From assembly GCA_003427395.1 (NCBI GenBank), contig BFEA01000026.1:198948-262947 (forward strand): a stretch of DNA of 64,000 nt. The letters run 5' to 3'. The notes below the pieces were generated by a model. It saw only the letters and a list, made by a program, of their open reading frames with translations. It made no database searches and was not told the origin of the DNA. This document shows positions 10,670-24,452 of this stretch, in pieces. Numbering within the stretch: position 1 is the first letter of the stretch; each line of letters opens with the position of its first letter. This DNA comes from Chara braunii (Eukaryota > Plantae > Charophyceae). The translations under genes and the position numbers were made by a program.

Positions 10670-13600
10670 GAAGGTCATAAAAGGTCAAGGTTAAAATCCT
10701 GGATCCATAGGAAAAATGTTCAAATAATTGTTTTACAAGAGATGAAATTGAATGAAAGGAAAATCAGAGATGCAGCGGCATTTTGGGATGGACCCTAGAT
10801 TTGGTCCCCGACGGTAGGGACTAGGGGGGGGGGTGCAATTTTAATTGATAAAAACTTGGAGATCACTGAAATTGACTCCTTTGCAGATGTAGAGGGAAGG
10901 GGTGACGTGGATGAAGTTTCAAATGGGGGAAGAGGAGTGGGCTGTAATGTAGGTCTATGCCCCGGCATAACTAAATCAGAGGATAGTTTTTTTGGAGAAT
11001 CTACCAAGTTTTATTCCAGATGCTGAAAATTTAATCATCCTTGGTGATTTAAATACCATCTTGATTCCGGGGTTAGACTCTCTTTCCAGACATCCAGTCA
11101 GGGCAGATGCAGAAATGCGATGTCTTTCGGATTTTGAACCCGGAGGTAAATGGCTTCTCATGGTTCGATCCCCGCCCGTCTAAGAAGACAATGGCTCCTC
11201 GAAGCCAACTGGATTTAATTTTAGCTAGAGGGGTTCCCTGGGATAGGTGTTGTTGGTCTGAAGTCCAATATGCTTCCCTTTCAGACCATTACCCGGTATT
11301 CATGGATGTCATTGCAGTTGAGATGGTTCAAAAGGCACGACCTCTGTTTAGACTTAATGTGAACCTACTCAAAGATCAAGGGATAAAAAAGTGGATCGAG
11401 GACCAGATGACGTGTTGGAACAATTCGACAGACCTGTTTGAGGATCAACGGGTTTGGGCTGAGGTTGAAATTAATATTACCAGATCTGCATTAATGAATT
11501 TTTCGAGAATGAAGGCCGTTGCACGTCAGTGGGAAGAAAAACAACTAATTAAGGAGATCTCTCAAGCAGAAGAAAGGATGGGGGGGGATCCTTTCACAGA
11601 CTACTTTTGGTCTGAAAAAATACGTAAAGCAATCGCAAAATTAAAAAAGTTTGAAGTTATAAAACAGTCTGAATGGTTAGAATGGTTAAGAATGAGGGGG
11701 ATTTTGGGGTATGATAGAATGACCAAAATATCCTTTAGGTCTTTAATAATCAAACAGTCTAAATAGTAAATCCCTAATTAGGGAGTTAGCTCACCCGTTT
11801 GCAGTTGATCCTATGGTGTCATCAGATACTAAGACTACGTGTTCTTTTGCCTTTGACTATTTTAGTGATATAGTTACTTCAAGAAGGCATTTTGACTCTT
11901 GGGACACTGACCTCTCAAAATACACGTCCTTTTGAGAAAAGTCTAGGATCAAACTTTCATCTTCCATGAGAATGGCATTGAAGGAACCTTTCTCAGTTGA
12001 GGAACTGGGAAGGGCGGCCAAGCAGATGGCTCGAGGAAAGTGCCCCGGTCTGGATGGCCTACCAGTAGAACCTCACGTTGAATGTTGGGATGTGTTTGGT
12101 CCTTTCCTACACATTTTCAAAGGGATATATTTCCCTGTTATATAAAAAGGGTAGCAAGTCGGATGTGCGTAATTATAGACCTATCTCGGTGTTGAACATC
12201 ACGTATAAAATATTGGCAAAAGTTCAGGCCATCAGATTGACCGACTTCCTCACAAGCCTAATAGGACTGGAACAAGGTGCGTTCCTCAAAGTTTGTACTA
12301 TCTTCGACAATATTATGGTTACTCTCCAAGCTTTGGAGATCATTACATCGAAAAAAAAAGAAGTAGCAGTCCTCCTCATGGATATGGAGAAGGCCTACGA
12401 CAAAGTGGGTTGGTCATTTCTCTCGACGACTATTAAACATATGGGGTTTGGCCCCCACTTTGTACAATGTATTAAGGCTATGTATTCTGAGGCATCATCG
12501 GTAGTAATGGTAAATGGCAGATTGTCTGATTCCTTTAAGCTTACGCGCTCTCTACGGCAGGATTGCCAATTGACCCCCCCCCTGTTTGTGCTTCAGTTGG
12601 AGGTGTTACTAGACAATATGAGAAATAACGCTAATATAAGAGATCTACAACTTCCTCCTAATATTCATTGGAAGGGGGGAGCTATTGCTGATGATTTAAC
12701 ATTGGCATGTGAGAACTTACAAGATTCGTTTAAGGAACTTAGAATGATTATAGATGAATAATGTATCCTATCTGAGGCATCTATTAACTGGGACAAGTTT
12801 GCTTTCCTTCTCCCCCCCCCCTTTACCCTATGCATAAACTGGGGCCTAAAAGAAGTTTCGGCGGATTGTTAAGAGCGACTCCTAGGGATTCAAGTATCTT
12901 TGACCAACTGTTATGTGGAGCAAGATGAGATCTTGAAAGAGAAAGTTTGTGCAAAAATTTTGGGATGGTTGAGAAATCATAAGCTTTCGATATTTTGGAG
13001 GGTTTTAGTGCTCTCCTCTGCAGCCTTTTCCATATTATGGTTTCCACTATCTATCAATTTTTTGGGGGACAAAGTATATTTGCAAATTAAAAGGGTGGCT
13101 GCCCAGTACCTTTGGAAGCCCTCGGCCTCAAAGGAACAGGGGTTTATTTATAAGGTGGCCAGGGATTTGGTGTGCCAGCCGAGGGACCAAGGGGGATTGG
13201 GCATCCTCTACCCAAGGGACCAGAACATGACCCTATTAATTAAATGGATAATAAAGGATTGTCTGTGGTTTTTTTTTGCGGAATATATATTAAGAAGGGA
13301 CCGAACCTTATCGGAAGGGGTGAACTTATGGTCGTGCTTACGATCAACCAGCTTTATCAAGAGGAAAATTTCCTCTAGGCTTTGGTCTGGGATCTTGAGG
13401 GCGTGGCCAAAAATTAGACCCGTAATGCTGAGCAACCCCTAAACCAAGGTGGAAGTGGGGAACCAATGTCTTTTTGACAATGTCTTAATTAGGGATGAGT
13501 ACGACTTACCTTTTGGATCTGATCAGAAGACAGGAAACGTTGTGAGAGCTTGGATTGAAAAGGGTGTGTTTCTTGTTAAACACCTTTGGGATGCACAACG

Positions 13601-14609
13601 ACATACGTGGTCCTCGGTGGGTGACCTGAGACACAAATTGCCCAGGTGACATAAAGTTGAAGAGAACTATGCTGCTTTGGTAAAAACCCTCCCCTCGGGT
13701 TGGGAGGATGTTCTTAAAGCAACTACAAAACATAGTAAGGATACCTGGCTGCTCCACCTGGATTACCCACGATATATTTTAAGAGTGTTGGGTCCAGACC
13801 TGCCCCAGGGTTTGAGAGAAGCGGTGGGAGAGGGGCGGAGTGATCAAGGGAGGCACTGAACTCACGAAGGCTGATTACTTTACAGTGGACTCCACTACCG
13901 AATGTTCAGAAGTTCGAGTGTGGGAACAACAACATCAAAGAGTCAGAGACACACTTCTGTCGGATGGTCTAGCTAAAGATTTTGCAATTGAACCACTCCA
14001 ATATGGTTGGAGAACCTCCTCTGATAGAACGTCACCTCTGATATTTTACGTTCCAAAAGTTGAAGTTGCACTGTGTAGATGGAATAAACAGCAGCCTCGG
14101 GATGTAGCGATACAGAGGTTTCATAAGAAGCAGAGGTCATCAAAACCCGCACTGGACTTCCCCACTTTATGGAAAAGGTTGAAGAAAGTTTCGTCTCAGA
14201 AGCAGGGGAGTTTGATGTGGACGCAGTCTCTGGACGTTATCCCGTCCGCGGTGTGGTTAAGTGCGAGAGGAATGGACTTGACTCAGAGGTGTCACCGCTC
14301 TGGTTGGGGTTATCTTCTGGGGTTTCCACTTTGGTGCCGGATACATTAGAGTTAGGTACAGTTGTATAACTCTACCCTTTTGTGTGCTTCAAGTTTTACT
14401 TTTGGAAAGTGTCTGACGACGGGGCAGTGACCCGATTTTCCTGCAGGTATGGATAGGCGTTATGTTGCATTAGCTGGTTGGTTGTCGAGCTTTTGCAAAC
14501 TCGCTAAGGCTGCCAGGATAACTCCGGGTTGAATTGTGAGGTTCCCACCTCATTATATTGGTTTTTGTAATACAAGATTTATCTTTAAAAAAAAAAAAAA
14601 AAAAAAAAA
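10670..14609 (+). mobile_element. Decayed, 5'-truncated non-LTR retrotransposon (L1/Tx1-type ORF2: APE endonuclease + RT) with poly(A) tail
   Basis: Endonuclease motifs IIVLQE, IILGDLN, QLDLIL, SDHYPV. RT motifs GKCPGLDGLP, ISLLYKKG..VRNYRPISVLN..YKILAK, QGAF, DMEKAYDKV, RQDCQL, IADD, QGGLGI. Many stops and frameshifts; A23 at 14587-14609. Confidence 0.92.
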
Positions 14610-16356
14610 GTTACTGAGTAATAGTCTTAATCAATTTCTTTGTATTTGTTTTTTGATATATTGAATATATTAAATTAATATTTTTTTATTAATATTTATA
14701 GTTAGTCTTTGATAAAATAGAGTGACTGTAATAACTAAGGAGATTTTTGTTCCCCCTCCTCCTCTCCTTAACACTGTGCATGCCCGTGCGAAGAAAGATT
14801 CCGACATAATTTTTTCAATCAGTTGGGGGTGTGGCCAACCCCAAAAGAGGGTGGGGGTGGGGTCGACCATAGGCCCACTTGATAGAAGATTTTCAGTATT
14901 TTACTTGCTGTTGTGCAAAAATTATCTCATTGGGTGGGTGGAGCCGTCCTTCAATCACGGAGTATATGGAGGGTGTCAGGATCACCGTTGACAGAAGTTG
15001 AGTTTATTCCAGAAAATGTTGTGGTTACTTTGTTTACTGGTGTTGCAACCACCAACATCAGATCATTCGTGATGGAAGCACTCTGCCGTGATTATGGTGG
15101 GAGGTCTCTGTTTCTTTTTTTTCCTTTGCCTTTCTACTGTCAGCCCGCTGCCACTCAGTGCCACACTGGATAGGCCACACTCCTCGCCGCATGTAGGTCG
15201 TATTCGAGAGTACGCAAAATGTCGTTGAAATTTTTCACTATTTTTCAATTTTTCCTCTCAATTTCTTTGTTTTTTTTTCCTTTGGAAACTTGGCGTTGTA
15301 CCCCTCAAAAGTTGAGATAAGTGCCAAATGCCCCTAAAAGATGTGGGTAGAAGAGGGGGATATCCTTCAGACAATTAAAAATCTGTGCAAAACATGTCCT
15401 TCGCATCAGTTGGACTAGACATCTTTGCAATATACCCCTACCGGGTACCGGTCAAACTTCTTAAAATACCCCCGTAAATGCCAACTTTCAAAGGGCCCAA
15501 TAAATTTTCAGCTTAGACCTTCCAGCCTACATCATCTTTTCAATACACCCCCCAGGCCGTTGGGCCAATTCCTGTTCCTACCCCTCACCCTTTGCCACGC
15601 CCATACCTCTCTCCTTTGGCCTTTCTTCATCCCTCTTCCTCCCCACCCTGCCTTTGTTGCCTCTCTTGTCCCCCTTGATCGAGTTGAATGCAAACTTGTT
15701 TACAAATTTATTTACAGAGTAGACGGAAAAAAATGCAGGCATCATAAAGTGAGAAATGGAACACAGATTGACACCACCATTTCAGATCAGTCTGGCAGGT
15801 GTCATCGTTACACCACCAGTACCCCGAACTGCAAAAAAAACAAAACTTGTTGAATTCAAGAACCTCCAGAACAGGCCCGGTAGAGGTTAGGGGGGAGCTC
15901 GGACCTCTTCTGTTTGGAATCGAAGAGGGGTAGGCCGGGCCGGTGGCGATTTCATCCGAAATTGAACAAAAACAGAGGGCGGGAAAAAAAAAGAAGGAAA
16001 CGACAAGTAAAAAAAAAAAAAAAAAAAAAGAGAAAGCAAAGCGTCCCATTTAGGACACATGTTTGGCAGCGGCGGCAAGGGCGGTCGTTGGTGGTGTCAG
16101 GGTCTTTGGTTGGCCATCGTTGCGCCATTGTAGCCACGACAACGAACAACCGCATGTTGTCCCAATCCCGCTGCCTAATACATGGACCCTGCATCGTACA
16201 GGCCGGGAACATTAGCATTTCCGCCCACTCTTGTCATGGACGCTGACGACTACGTGGTGCACGGCGACCATAGCTCGAGCGCTTCTGTTTTTTTTTTTTT
16301 TTTTTCTTGTGGCAGCAGTAATCCTGAAGCAAGGGCGGCAACGCCACATCGACAAG

Positions 16357-16397
<41 letters not shown>

Positions 16398-16519
16398 NNN
16401 NNNNNNNNNNNNNNNNNNNNNNNNNNNNNNNNNNNNNNNNNNNNNNNNNNNNNNNNNNNNNNNNNNNNNNNNNNNNNNNNNNNNNNNNNNNNNNNNNNNN
16501 NNNNNNNNNNNNNNNNNNN

Positions 16520-16578
<59 letters not shown>

Positions 16579-18679
16579 CAAATTTGATTGATAGGATTTT
16601 TTTTTAATTTTTTTTTTAACCTCCCTTCGATAGATAGGAGTGATGATAAGAGCATGCACTCCTACCTGTCTTGCAGGGGGCTCCACTCTATTGGTGGGGA
16701 GCTACAACTGCTGCAAAACAGGCCCAGCGTCCCCTGAAGTACATCATTGAGTTGGAACCAGCTACACCTGCTGGAAAACGGGCCCAACGTCCCCTGAAGT
16801 ACATCATTGAGTTGGAACCAGACCCATTGTTCCTTCTGAAGCTAAGTTTTGTGCCATGATGATGATGATGATGATGATGATAGTGAACAAAAAATAAGGG
16901 TGGTGGGGGTGGGGGAGAGAGAGCAGGGAAGGGAACCCCTTTTCAGTAGTTATTCTATCCCTTAGTAATGACCTTGCATATTCCTTCCTCACCACCCCCC
17001 AAGCCTTACAATTGCCTTTCTACCATAACAAGCTCAGACGGAGGAACAAAGAATGGCACACTCTTAGGCTTGGAGCCGCCTCTTAGGCCTAAACCTGACC
17101 CCCATATTGAACTCATCACCCTAGCAACTAACTGCTCAGTAACGCTATCCTTTGAAGCGAGGCTCGGTCGCACCCCAATAAAACCGCTTGGTTGCCGGCT
17201 CATTTGCAATCCACCAACTATTGTCCTACTTACTCCGTTGCATACCATTGCACGTCCGCCATAGCCAATTGATGGGGTGGGAAGGGGTCGGGGAAATCCG
17301 AAGGTGGCCGTAGTGGGATCCCTTGGTCCACCATTGTTCAATCTCTCAAGCCGATACAATAGTCTATTTTGAACGTCCCTGGTTGCAATGCTGGGTGCCG
17401 TGGTTGCCTTCCTGGGCGTGACCACCATCCCATTTGATGAAGGCGATCCGGCCCTCGTTCACACTGCCCAGCCAGTCCCCTGAGAATTGTTGGAATGAGA
17501 CATATCCAATTGGTTTTTAACTTTTTGCCATTGTACCATGAGTTCCTTATATATATATATATATTATATATATATTATTTATAATTTTTTATCATGTCTA
17601 TCGTCTTTTCCCTAGTTATGCGGACCCCCTCCATAGCATGTATACATTGTTTCCTCCAGAGGGTCCACATAACAACTCTCCTCCCTATCTTAAACATATT
17701 GTTTTCAAAGGTATTCCCCGTGGGGGAGGCTCATGCCTCACAGAGTACCACCCTCCAATCCCATGGCCGGGCAAATCCTATGTGTCTCAAAACACTGCAA
17801 TAATATGTGTTTTATGGTTTCCGGGAAATTAAGGAAGGGGAACGCCATGTGACACAATTTGCACCATGGAAGCGCTAGTCCTTTCTGCTCCAGGTATGTG
17901 CAGTTTACTAGCCAATCATTAGTGGGGAGGCAGCGACGCTCTATCTGGCACTGTAGCGAGGCCAACTTTGTAGGCCTAGACCTCGTGAGAGTGAACCACC
18001 GAATGGGGAGATGAGCTCGACCCCCCGTTCAAATGAGTCAAGTTAAAATCCTTTTAAGACGGCACACACACACAAACGCCAGGATCGGTCATGGTGTAGA
18101 AGTGACCGGCACATCACGACATGCCATCAAACCATCAACCCAAGCCATCATTTCCTTCATCATCGCCTCCATTATGGTACTCCCCCTATCACCTCTAAAA
18201 CTTGTACAAGGCTCCTCGAGGGGGTTTCGCCAATGCAAACGAACTTCATCTCTAAATAAATCAGGCAATGAATTTCTTTGGGCGTAGCCCATGATCCTTG
18301 TCATACGTTGGTACGCCCTCCAATCGTCCCCCACCACCAACAACATAATGACATCCCTCTCCTGTTGATATGATTAGTCTGGATCGTTCACTAAATTCAT
18401 AAATTATAGCGGCGGACCCTGCCCATCGTTCTCACACATCCACAAGCTTGAGATGGAGAACCCCACACCTACATTGGTTACGCCCACCCTCAGCCTAACC
18501 AACAGCCCCCCGAACAAGCCCTCCACACCCCTCCACAACACAAGCACAACTCGATCCATGAGCGACACCAACAAAGACTGCACTTGATACAATACGTCCC
18601 TACTTTTCACAACGAAAATAATAAAAGGACAAGTTACAATGTGCGTGCAAAACGTACTTGCAATCATGTGCGTATGTGC

Positions 18680-18740
<61 letters not shown>

Positions 18741-19404
18741 TGCATAATGTATGAAAATAAATAGTCCGACATGAAAAGTGTATTTTTCATACATTATTCA
18801 TATTTTTTTATATTACATTTCAAAATATGTATAACATCGAAAAAAAATTGATAATAAGTCATTGCTTATATTATGAAATATTATAAAAATAAAGAAATAA
18901 TTTCAAATAACATTTGGAATTTTAAAACTCCGAAAAAAAAAAAAAAAACCCATTGAGTACGTTGTTATCATGATTGCAAAGGCATATATTATCCAATAAT
19001 TTCCAATACGTTGTTACCATTACTGCAAAGACATATATTATCCAATAATAAATGCACAACTTCATATATACTATAAATTATGTGGATCATGAATCATATT
19101 CCCTCCCAAATTATGTATGCTAAATGTACTTCGAATTTCCAAAATTTTATTTTGAAATACATACAATAACATATAACACATTCAAAATTGGATTACTTTA
19201 TGTACGTCCAAATGTCAAAAATAATACTTCAAAGTAATCATGTAATTCAATCACATTTTCGAATTTTGGACATATGTGCCAAGTAAGTATAATGAAAATA
19301 CAAATATTTGTCGGACTTTTACTAAGTCATCAGGAGTTTTTTTTATTCTTTTTCTTTCTTTTGGTTGTATGTGTGTGTCTGTGTGTGTACGTGCGTGTTG
19401 TGTA

Positions 19405-19458
<54 letters not shown>

Positions 19459-19461
<3 letters not shown>

Positions 19462-20506
19462 TGTGTGTCCGAACAACGAGCAACAGGGGCCGTTAAATTA
19501 CGTTGGACCCCGTTGAATCGCCCCAGGGACCCCGTTTAATCCTGTTTAACGAAAAAACGGGGGTCTCCCATTGAATCCAAAAAAAAAGGGGATGGGCACG
19601 TTGGGCCTCGAACACGTGGCCCTTCGTGCCCAAACACTGAAAAACAAAATTAAAAAATAATTTTTTTACCCCTATTAACAGGGTGGGGTGACCAAATATG
19701 CCCCTCCCTTCCGAAAATCAAACTGCAAGAGAGACAAAAAGTTGGGGCCACCCAGTACCGCAACATTGTGAGCACATGTGCGTGGATGTGGGTGCATGTC
19801 CTTTTTTTCTTTTTTTTTATACAAATGCTCAAATTTGTTCGTCCAATCTCATTTTCGAAGGTCCGTTACACGTTAGCAAGGACCCCTCATGGAGTAGAGA
19901 TGGACATTAGACTTGTACTTTGTCGGTGTGGGTCGATAATATATAGTCTAGATTCGAATTCAGGTTTGTGCATCACAGTAATCACAGTTATTGGTCACTA
20001 ATTCTCTGTTTTCTCGTTTTTCTTTTGTTTTCTCGTTTTCTTTTGTTTTCTCATTTTTCTTTTGTTTTCTGGTTTTCCTTTTCTTAGGAATACGTGCCGC
20101 AGTGGCCCTAAGGGCCTCCACTCACCACATGCATAAAAGATAAAATATATGGCGTCCACATTCTAGCAAAAGATTCGTTCTATTTTTGTTCTAGCCCTTA
20201 AAAAATCTTTGTGAAACCCAAGAAAAAAACACTCATTTCATTTTATTTTATTTTTCAATGTGTTTATGTTTTTGATTTAAAAAGAAAGTCCAAAAAGTAA
20301 AAATAAAAATATGGGGTTGTAGTCCTTAAAAAAAATCTACAACCCTTTTTTTTTTTTTGTGGATTATATTTAGCCGGGACAAAAATCATCGCGGACCCCG
20401 TTTATACCCGTCCAATGGGTGTTTCAACGGGAATTCAACCCGGGTTCAACTCGTGTTGAATTTTTCAACGGGATCCCCCGTTGAATTCGTTTTCGGACAC
20501 ACAGTG
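19459..20506. mobile_element. CACTA/CACTG-like non-autonomous DNA transposon remnant
   Basis: Right end read inward is CACTGTGTGTCCGAAAACGA; left end is cgtTGTGTGTCCGAAcAACGA; subterminal CCCGTT(G/T)AA repeats in both orientations; no clear TSD. Confidence 0.55.
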
Positions 20507-20765
20507 TACGTGTGTGTGTGTGTGTGTGTCAGTTCGATATACCCGAAAAACAAAGAACAAAACAACCCACAAATGAATTCATTTTACAATCCTCGCACCC
20601 ACGCATTATGGAGAGAGAGAGAGAGTTTGCACGTGTGTGTGTCGTGTGTGTGTGTGTGTCTGTCCATTCGATTTACCCAAAAAAACAAAGAACAAAATAA
20701 CCCACAAATGAATTCACTTGATCCCAGCACCCACGCATTGTGGAAGTACATATATATATATATAT

Positions 20766-20871
20766 CCTGATGAGTCAATGAATCTCCGATGAAACAGTTT
20801 GTCACAGCCCCTCGTTTGTTGTCCTCTTCTCTCTCTCTGCCTACGGTTTACCGAGCAGTTCTGTTTGTGAC
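20766..20871 (+). mobile_element. Short repeat with a hammerhead-ribozyme core, inserted in (AT)n (Penelope-like/retrozyme-like fragment)
   Basis: CTGATGA-GTC...GAT-GAAA-CAGTTT-GTC; (AT)n on both sides; homologous to 3261-3363. Confidence 0.6.
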
Positions 20872-20904
20872 GAGATATATATATATATATAGATATATAT
20901 AGAT

Positions 20905-20947
<43 letters not shown>

Positions 20948-21609
20948 CTACAAAGCTCGTTTGTTGGTGCTGTATTCCGCCGCTCAATCCCGACACAATC
21001 TCTCTCTCTCTCTCTCTTTGTGTAGTTGTCGCTCGATTCCGCTCATTGCCCACCACAGCTCCCGCTTCGCTCTCCGCCCCACTTCCGCTTAATGCCCATG
21101 TCCCTCTCCCCCTCCGACTTCCGCTCACTGCCTGCTACCACCTCTCCCACTCCTCTCCACCTCCGCTTAGTGCCCGCCACATTCATCTCCAATTTTCCGT
21201 TTTTCTTCCATCTCTCTCTCTCTCTCTCATTGCCCGTCATCGCTCCTGCTCCGTTTTTTGCCCCGCCTCCCCTCAATGCCACCCCTCGATGCCGCCCGCT
21301 CCCACTCCTGCCACGCTTCCGCTCACTGCCCACTACTTCACCCAAACCCACTCCGCTCCTGCTCCCGCTCCCGCTACCGCTTGGCTGCCCACCTCTCTCT
21401 CTTCCGTTCATTGCCCGACATCACTCCCACTCCGCTCTCCGGCCCGCTTCTGCTCAATGCCCGCCATCAGTCCCACTCCACTCTCCACCCAGCGCCCGCT
21501 CTCTGCCCGAAGCCCGGTCACCGCCTGCTGCCGCTCCAGCCCCGCTTCCGCTCACCGCCGCTACCTCACCCAAACCCACTCCCGCTCGGCTGCCTGCGAC
21601 ACCTTGCAG

Positions 21610-21644
<35 letters not shown>

Positions 21645-22563
21645 CCACCCACACACACACAAGCAACGGAGTGCCAACATGCCTGACGAGTTATCAGTCA
21701 TGGCTGCAACCCCCTCCCTTACCCCCCCCTCTCCTATACCCGACGGGGCCAAGCACCCTGAACTCCAACGACCGCCCTCCCAACCGGACAACCGTGTACA
21801 TCGGTCATCGATGTGGGGGGATTTTCGCAACCGCCAACCTAGAGGTACCACACGCAGTGTCCGGCCTGGAAATCACGCACACACACACACACCAAAAAAA
21901 AAAAGACGAAGAGAGAAAAGTCATGATACTCGCCTCCTGCGAAATCTGCTGTGGCCAATCCTTGCACTTGACGCCCAACAAAACTTGCTCTTACCCGGTA
22001 GTACCCCCACATGACACTAAATACTAGGTGGACATCTCGCTATACTCACCTCCTACGAAATCTTCTGTGGCACTCGATGCCCGACAAAAACTAAACAGTT
22101 CGAGAGCAAGAGTACCCAGTAGTACCCCCACACGACATTAAATACTAGGTGGACCTAAGGCTAATACCCATAGGGCTTCGGAATAATTGAGAGGCCGACC
22201 TAATTATTCACTCCAGCCCAAGCTTCATTTGGAGGTCCCTTGAGGTTCGTCAGGGAGAAAAAAACATGGTTCGGGCAGGAGGCTCATAGGGTACTCGTGG
22301 TTTAAGAGTGCTGTCTGCCAAACCGAGAACCGACGGAAACAGAATGAGCCTCACTCCATACCACACCTGCCACATGTTTCTGACCGGGCCAGTGGACCAG
22401 ACATCTTCAGACTGTCTAATTCAGGCAGAATAATTAGACTTTTGGCATCCCGTTCGATGAAAAATGCTATTAACTAGTACTAACTCACTACTAAGACCAA
22501 AAGTTTAATATTAGTTAACTAGTACTAAGACCACAAGCTTAATATTATGTAGTGAAGCGAGGC

Positions 22564-23133
22564 CTTGATTTTATGCAACACGCCGACTTCCCTGCTCAGT
22601 GGAATTGGACCACTGCCAGCTCACATAGATTGCAAATATTATGTAGTGAAGCGAGGCTCGATTTCGCAAGCACTGCCTTGCAAGGTAGGCATCAGAAACC
22701 TCTTTTTTTTTTAACACCCCCACCAGTGTTAGTGGTGCTGATAAGAGCAGACACCACTAGCACCTGGGAAGAGGCTCCATCTATTGGTGGTAGGCATCAC
22801 AAACCTGTCTTGTTACTTGTCAAAAGAATTGTGGAAGGTAGTTGGGAACAACTGCTATATCATCACCCCCAACTGTACGGACATTTATTCTTGCAAGAAA
22901 GAAAATCATACTCCTCGTGCGCGACTAACGAGGTCTACAGGAGGAGCGATGGCTCCATGACAGGCGGATCCGGGCGAGAGAGGCAGCTGCAATCAACCAT
23001 TGGGAAAGGGCAAAAAAAACATGGAAGGAGGGGCCTGCCATGGGACACGGAGGTGGTCAGTAGATGCGAGGGGAGCCGCCGCAGGCTCCAATTCCACTGA
23101 GCAGGGGAAGTCGGGGTGTTGCATAAAATCAAG
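22564..23133. repeat. ~46-bp inverted repeat pair in a rearranged repeat region
   Basis: CTTGATTTTATGCAACAC.CCGACTTCCCTGCTCAGTGGAATTGGA at 22564-22609 is inverted at 23087-23133; a nearby direct repeat lies at 23134-23171 / 23302-23339. Confidence 0.6.
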
Positions 23134-24421
23134 CCTTCAGCTTTTCACAATCAGAGACTCGGCCGGAAAACCCGTCGTCAGAACTTTAGAACAGTATTTT
23201 CTTCTTTTCATACGGCGCAAAGCGTGGCAAGTTAACCACTTCCTACTGCTGTTTCGTGGAGGGTCGTCCTTGTGACCCGCTCCTCGCATCCACTTCACGG
23301 GCCTTCAGCTTTTCACAATCAGAGACTCGGCCGGAAAACACTGTTGCATGGAAACATCAGCAGAGCGAGCGACTGCAACTCCGCCTCCAACTCCGCCTCC
23401 AACTCGCCCTCCTACTCGTTTTTTATTTTCACTCGCCAATGTCACCACGCATTCACCGCCAGCTATGGAAAATGGCGAACAGTGCAGCTAGGCCCTTGCA
23501 CCACCAGTGCGTATGCCAGCCAGCTTTCTCCGAAGCGGCCGAACAGGTGCCGCAAGTTCAAGGTACGCTCGACCTGCCTGGGCAAAATCGCTGGCAGCGC
23601 CAGCCAGAAGAAGGCCTGCACCGCGTCAGTTTTTCCGGGCTCTGCAAGCGGAAGGCTCAACAGTACTGGTCGTGTAATGGGAAGTCTTGGGTGGGTATCT
23701 TTTGCGGCAGCTTTGTCAATATGAGCCTTGGGAACTGGACCCCCTCCTCCTTTCTGTTTTCCTTGGGGGAAAATGAAAAAGTACACAAACGAATAGTCCA
23801 CTCAACTGTCCTACTCAGGGAAGTACCTGAGGCTGGAACTTCCCAACCTGCCTTTCCCCATATTCACCCCCTGCCACAGTCAACGAAGGCACAGCTGTAG
23901 CAGAGTAATCTGTGCACAAATTACTTTGCTACGAAAGTAATCTGTGCACAAATTACTTTGCTACGATTAGGGTCAACTTCAGATTTAGGGGCCTTCGGAA
24001 GGAGATATGCGCATTCTCAATTTCGGTGACAGGATGCCATTTCACTCCAGCACTACTATTTGCCGATTGGTTGTGGGTTTTATAAGGGTTACACAACATC
24101 TCTCTGTAGGCGGCCCGTGCAGGGTCGGGCAAAGGGAGCTGCCGATTCATTGATTGATCTATTGTTCATAGACTACCACTCCACACAATGGCAAGCACAG
24201 GGTGAAACGTATGTTGAGAGATCCAATCCAGACAAGAGTGGTGAAAAACATGTCGAGAGACCCCATGCAGACAAGGGTAACGATTCAGATGCCTGAGCGC
24301 AGGGAAAGGAAAGGCCTAACACTTGGGCAAAGATTTATGTACATGAGGATTCACTTCCATTCCGATGCAGATGCTGCACCTCGACGACTACAAGGCTACT
24401 ATTTGGACACCCATGCCATAG

Positions 24422-24452
<31 letters not shown>

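Noticed and set aside
14650-18600. Minus-strand ORF fragments (17006-17428, 17738-17965, 18089-18346), possibly a decayed TE ORF
   Set aside because: No diagnostic motif; broken up by microsatellites and a gap.
21026-22027. Long Pro/Leu/Ser-rich ORFs
   Set aside because: Produced by C-rich low-complexity repeats open in several frames.
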